Assembly: GCA_905178155.1 (NCBI GenBank)
Contig: CAJINV010000001.1
Coordinates: forward strand, 291,034-355,033
Direction: 5' to 3'
Source of the DNA: Amoebophrya sp. A120
Lineage: Eukaryota > Protista > Dinoflagellata
Length of the DNA: 64,000 nt
The translations under genes and the position numbers were made by a program. A model generated the notes under the pieces. It saw only the letters and a list, made by a program, of their open reading frames with translations. It was not told the DNA's origin and did not search any database. This document shows positions 59,527 through 64,000 of this stretch, piece by piece. Positions within the stretch are counted from its first letter, which is position 1. Each line of letters starts with the position of its first letter.

Positions 59527-61276
59527 TTAAATTCCACCCTTCGTCATTCCCTTCATGCCTTTTTCCGCCATCTTGGCGGCGCCCTTCACCGCGGCATTCA
59601 CATTCACCGTGGACGGGGCGGTACCGGCAGCCGGGGCTTGGGCCATCATGGTCTTCTTGACCGGAGCAGCGGAGCCGCTACCGAGCAGGTCCTCGACGAA
59701 CTTGCTCACGTAGACGCTGAAATCATTCAGGTGCTTGTCCAGATTCGCGAAGAAGCCGGTCAGCGCGGTGGTTTCCGGAAACCCGTACAGGAACACGTAA
59801 AAGTAGGCGATCAGGGAGAGGAGCACGACCAGAAGACTGATGGAGTACAGCGCGACCCCGTTTCCCAGGAAGGCAAAGTACGACTTTCTCGCGACCGCAG
59901 TAGTTTGTTCCTGTGGAAGTTGTAGGGATGATCCGGTGGTTTGGATTTTCAGCAAAGGAAGAACGTTTTCCTTCATCATCTTCATGAGAGCAGTAATATG
60001 TCTGTAGCTTTATTATCACGCTTGCTTCTAATATCTATGGTTTATGCATAGATACTTCTTAATGCCAGGGAAGCAACACTTGCAATAGATTCTATACCTC
60101 CACGACCGGCTCTTCCTCCTCCGATGCTGGCGCAGCCGCGGGTGCTGCCTTCATTGGTGCTACCTTCATGGCGGACTATCAAAAGCAAAAACGTCCCCAC
60201 CCCGTAGTCAGGTTGGTAAATCTGCAACACAAGTCTCCAAGTCTTAGGAGTTGCGCATGACAAGTTTCCATCTGCAGTGTAGTGCTGGTTAGCAAGGGAA
60301 GCCGCATTGTTCACAGCATTACAAACGCCAAAACACGATTGCAAATGAAATGCCTGTCATGGAGATGGGCATTTACAAATCTAACTCCTCGTCTTCCATT
60401 CCTGTCATTGCGCATTTGCATGACAACTATGGGGAGTTGGGACGTTTTTACACAGGATACGGACTTCATTGCCTTCTTCATTGCTGAGGCAGCTTTCTTT
60501 GCGACCGGCTCCGACATCTTCTTCATAGCGGTCACTGGAGCGGCCTTCATCTGTAATATTTGTTTCTTGTTGTATATCGCATGATTTTTTTTCCAGTACT
60601 TATTTTACTGCCCGTCTAGTTGAGGATAATTCCCCGCCTCATGCAAATCGATTTTAATTTTCTACTTTCATTCTAAGTTTTGGAGTGGTCCTCATAATGT
60701 CGACTTAGGATGTTGAACAAGTTGTAAATATCCTTGATATAATACAGCCTTCTTCATGCTGGTCGTTGTATGAATTGCAAAAATGTCTGGGTCTGGGAGA
60801 TTGCGAGATTTGTCATGCAAGCCTGGCATGACTCTGAGCTCTGTGTTGCACGGCCGCGAAGAGCTCCTCCCCCCCGTCATGCAAAAACGCGGTTTGTCAT
60901 GCGGAGTACACAACTCAGAACCATGAAAAAAACTTGCCATGCTTGGCAGCGCATCATAGTGAGTTCACTGTTCTCTTTCTTGCATCACAAGTTTCCAGAC
61001 CCAGACATATTTGCCAGGCATACGTTGCAGCCTCGGACGACTTCTTCATCGCTTCGGAAGCGGTTTTATGAACTGCAAAACTATCGCACTCGTAGTAATT
61101 GCATCTATGCATGACAAATCTCTTTCTCAAGGTGAGTCAGCATTACAAATTTAATCTGTAACCACGCTGGGCTAATTTGTAATGCAATTTATACTAGTAC
61201 GATGCTTTTGCATTGCATAAGTTTTCTTCATCGACTTCATCGCCGTAGAGCTGGAAGCTTTGCTGGTGCTCGGCAT
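59527..61276 (-). CDS. Met-Lys-repeat basic protein with a transmembrane helix (~220 aa, 6 exons)
   Basis: Reconstructed across F5, A9, GT-AG intron 60551-60745, D3 and GT-AG intron 59911-60097. Confidence 0.75.
60177..60459. mobile_element. Introner family D (D3), 283 bp
   Basis: Family D TIR; perfect TSD cggac. Confidence 0.9.
60769..61022. mobile_element. Introner family A (A9), 254 bp
   Basis: Family A TIR; perfect TSD cgttg. Confidence 0.92.
61067..61219. mobile_element. Introner family F (F5), 153 bp
   Basis: Family F TIR; TSD ggttt/agttt. Confidence 0.88.
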
Positions 61277-62548
61277 CTTGCTTGATTTGTTCTAGCTAGT
61301 TTACAGCGTCCTCGACGTGCAAGAAGTGAAGAGAAGTATCACAATGACGATACGTAATCAGTAAAAAAATCTTTGCGGAGCGAAACTAAGAAAAACTCTC
61401 AACGTGATAACTGTATAGTCGTGCGATTATACGGAAGCAGTACAAGAGTTTATTTCTCCTAAGCTACGGATCAACGATTTGTTCTTTCGACGTGTGAAAA
61501 TAAGTATTTCGACCAGACACTTCTTGTTCTTCGACCCACAATTACAATTTGCATTGGTAAAGAACTTCTACGAGCATAGGCTATTTCGACTTCCCGGCCT
61601 CTACCGCTGCGGGGCGGAAAGTTGTGACAATTGCGAGAAAAGAGCATACTTCAGGCATTTACTAAAGTGTACGTCGTGCAGTAGCGGAAGTTGACTACAG
61701 TCAGAGAAATCATTTACGTGCATCTCTCAACGTGTGGTCAGCTTTAATTTATTCCAGGAAGTTTACTAGTAGGGTACTACGTCACAGAGCATGATAAGTA
61801 ACTTGCTTCTGCTCTTCCTAAAAAGCTTTTGATCATTTACTCATCCATATCTTCAAGAATGAATGGCACTCGTGTCCGTGATGCGCCGTTTTTACGAATT
61901 GAACGGTCGACGTACTTCTACCCAGGCATGTGATGATCTTCTTCCCACGTAGTACTACATCTTCGCGTTGCAACACACGAGCTTTAACTGGCATGTTCAT
62001 CTTCTTGCGTTCAAAATTTCATCACATCTTGCAGCTCACTCATCCTCTTCTCTCACTCACTACTGCATCAAGCCGGTTTCATGTTCCGCCCGTTGCAGTT
62101 GTTACGAATGACGTTTTACTAGATCAGTACAAAATTGAAAATTCTAATATGCCAGCCATGTGCTCCCACATACTTATGCACGAGGCATGACCATGAGTAA
62201 GTGAAATAGAACAAAAATAACTGCTAGACCGCATGGCCGCGAGGTAATTCGAGATTTATTTTCCCATCGTAGTGGTGCTGGTAGTTCAGGCGGGTAAAAA
62301 TTCAAGTGCGTGCCCTCTTAGTTCCGTATAATTTCTGATATCTCCAAAGGGATCTAGCTTTCTGTTTTCCAAGAATCTAATTTGGTAGCTCCGCGGAGCT
62401 GCATCATGCTCCGTTCTTGCGGATTTTTCCAGCTGCACAAGAACTGCTGCCCATTTTCTCCACCAGAGAAGACGACGGATCATGTTGGAACAGTTGTGCT
62501 TGTGCGGCCGCTACGGCTGATGAGTCGTGAGGGTGACTACGACTAGAG

Positions 62549-64000
62549 CTAGTCGGTGGAAAAATCAATCGCGTGTCGAGTGTACCACTCTGCGAGCAAA
62601 TCGGCAGGAATCCATTCCTTTGCGCCGCGATTTGTAAAGAGGCTGAGCTCTTTGTCGGCCTCGGCAACCGTCATCACGACCAGCTTCAACGGCTCGGGTC
62701 GTTCCCCTGGCACGACCTCTAGGTGGTCTCCGAACATTTCTGTTTCAACTTGCGGTGTCGAGTTTCGAAAATCATCCGCAGTGGTGTTCTTCTTATTACC
62801 TGCACGGCTGGGGAGCTTCCTGCTGTTGGCGACCAGGCGAACCGCCGCCCGGACGGCGTCTCTCACCTGTGCTACGTCCCCCTCGTCGACGGCCAGTATG
62901 TGTAGAAGAAAAAAAGTGTGTAAGTGTAAATTTGTGTTGCAGAAAATGCAAAACTGTTACACTTGTCATGCTGGATATGCATCAAAGGCGATCTTCGTAC
63001 GTGTTTTCAAGTACTAGCTACGCATGACAGGCTTTCTGTGTAATGCAGAGCAAACTTGTGATGCTATTCCTTGAAGAAACTTGTACTATACACAGTTTTC
63101 TTCTTGCGTAGTATGCCGCGAATGTTCAATCGGTCGCTCCACTTTTCACAACGCATTAGCATGTGCATCTGGGTGTGGAAAAGCCGACGCCACCAGCCCC
63201 TCAGGCCCGCGCCGAGCAATTCAAACCGCTCGCGGAAATTCTCGCGCTGAAACTCCGATCGGTCCGTCACGTCGACCACATCGGCCACCACCAAAACCGG
63301 CAGGCGCCCCGGGCCGAGAGCGTGCTCGAACTTCGCGACGGCGGTCGCATTCGCCTCGCGTTGGCTCCAACCGAACCAGCCCTTCCACCCGTGTGGAAGC
63401 CGGCCCGCGTTTTTGAAGGCGTACTCCTTCGCGACGTCCCACATGCGCCCACTCTCTCCCTCGCCCGTGCACTCGTTCATTCGAAAAGAAAGGGGCGCCG
63501 CCGCGACAACGGCCGGGCGCGCGTCTGTAGTCAGGTTGTGCCATTGTTTTTGGGCGTCTGCCATCTGCACCCGCTCACCACCAAAGAAGTCGATGCCGTT
63601 TTATGCAAATAAAAATGAACTAGTGTTACTTACTACAGTTCTTACACACGACTGTGAGGCAGCAAGACACACAAGAACCTCTGTCATGCCCGAAGTGCTT
63701 GATGCGCATCTCTTTCCATGCTGGCCAGGGGCAATTTCACTTATGACCTCCGCATTGGTTGGTATATTGCAAGTTTGCTTTGGCACAGCGCAAATTTGTG
63801 TTGCTAAGTGTGACTGCAGCACAGCTCTTTGTTCGCTTTCCCTTTGATACCTTGCGCTGCAAAAACTTTGTCCCAGCGAGCTGGGCGTTCGTGAACAGGA
63901 TCGCAGACACCACATGATAAATCGCGACACCGACGAGCGACCAGGGAGTTGGAAACAGTAGGTCGTCGTCTTTGCGCCTCACCAGCTCTAGGGCCCGATC
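62549..64000 (-). CDS. Hypothetical protein, partial (5' end beyond window; 3' end uncertain)
   Basis: Frame joins across two introners: FLQRK|GIDFFGGERV and NIRGI|LAVDEGDV. Confidence 0.65.
62901..63110. mobile_element. Introner family G (G2), 210 bp, decayed TIR
   Basis: Perfect TSD gtatg; interior aligns to the reverse complement of G1. Confidence 0.85.
63602..63849. mobile_element. Old, decayed introner (family I), 248 bp
   Basis: TAT...ATA ends, weak TIR, TSD cgttt/ccttg; frame restored on removal. Confidence 0.7.

Noticed and set aside
240-61114. Recurrent short ORFs containing PDPDIF / KMSGSG / CKNVWVWK / YGEGGFF peptides
   Set aside because: These are translations of introner TIRs, not a protein family.
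59527-61276. Calling the MK-repeat gene a DVNP
   Set aside because: The conserved DVNP core is absent and a transmembrane helix is present.
240-63849. Tc1/mariner origin with a TA target duplication
   Set aside because: TA belongs to the TIR. A separate 5-bp duplication lies outside it, confirmed by the empty site at 20975-21043.
1-64000. Autonomous transposase, integrase or reverse transcriptase
   Set aside because: No ORF with recognisable DDE, tyrosine-recombinase or RT motifs was seen.
1-64000. Dinoflagellate spliced-leader sequence (CCGTAGCCATTTTGGCTCAAG) or relics
   Set aside because: Not found by eye on either strand; a short degenerate relic could have been missed.

Overview
Eukaryotic genomic DNA. 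Its features fit a syndinian dinoflagellate such as Amoebophrya, but that assignment is inferred, not proven. About 16 protein-coding genes can be reconstructed, all on the minus strand. They include a split Ser/Thr kinase, an anoctamin, GINS Psf3, a TTLL tubulin glutamylase, a CCA-adding enzyme, a GT47/exostosin glycosyltransferase, a class I sirtuin, an RBM5/10-like zinc-finger RS protein and an unusual Met-Lys-repeat membrane protein. The dominant structure is a set of 27 transposon-like introns (introners) in 9 terminal-inverted-repeat (TIR) families. Nearly all run TAT...ATA, carry a 5-bp target-site duplication (TSD), share a repeated internal GCAWNACA motif and sit in coding sequence in either orientation. 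Removing the element plus one TSD copy restores the host reading frame, mostly without GT-AG ends. The Psf3 3' end is present in three copies: one empty and two carrying different introners 2 bp apart. A 1.7-kb canonical TTLL intron hides a tandem Pol III cluster: an apparently Alu-less ~150-nt SRP RNA, a tRNA-Lys with a 3-nt insertion, and U6, with SRP and U6 sharing an upstream element. Also present are a 58-bp satellite, a 73-bp palindromic array and an intergenic MITE. Coordinates were counted by hand, and some gene ends are approximate.
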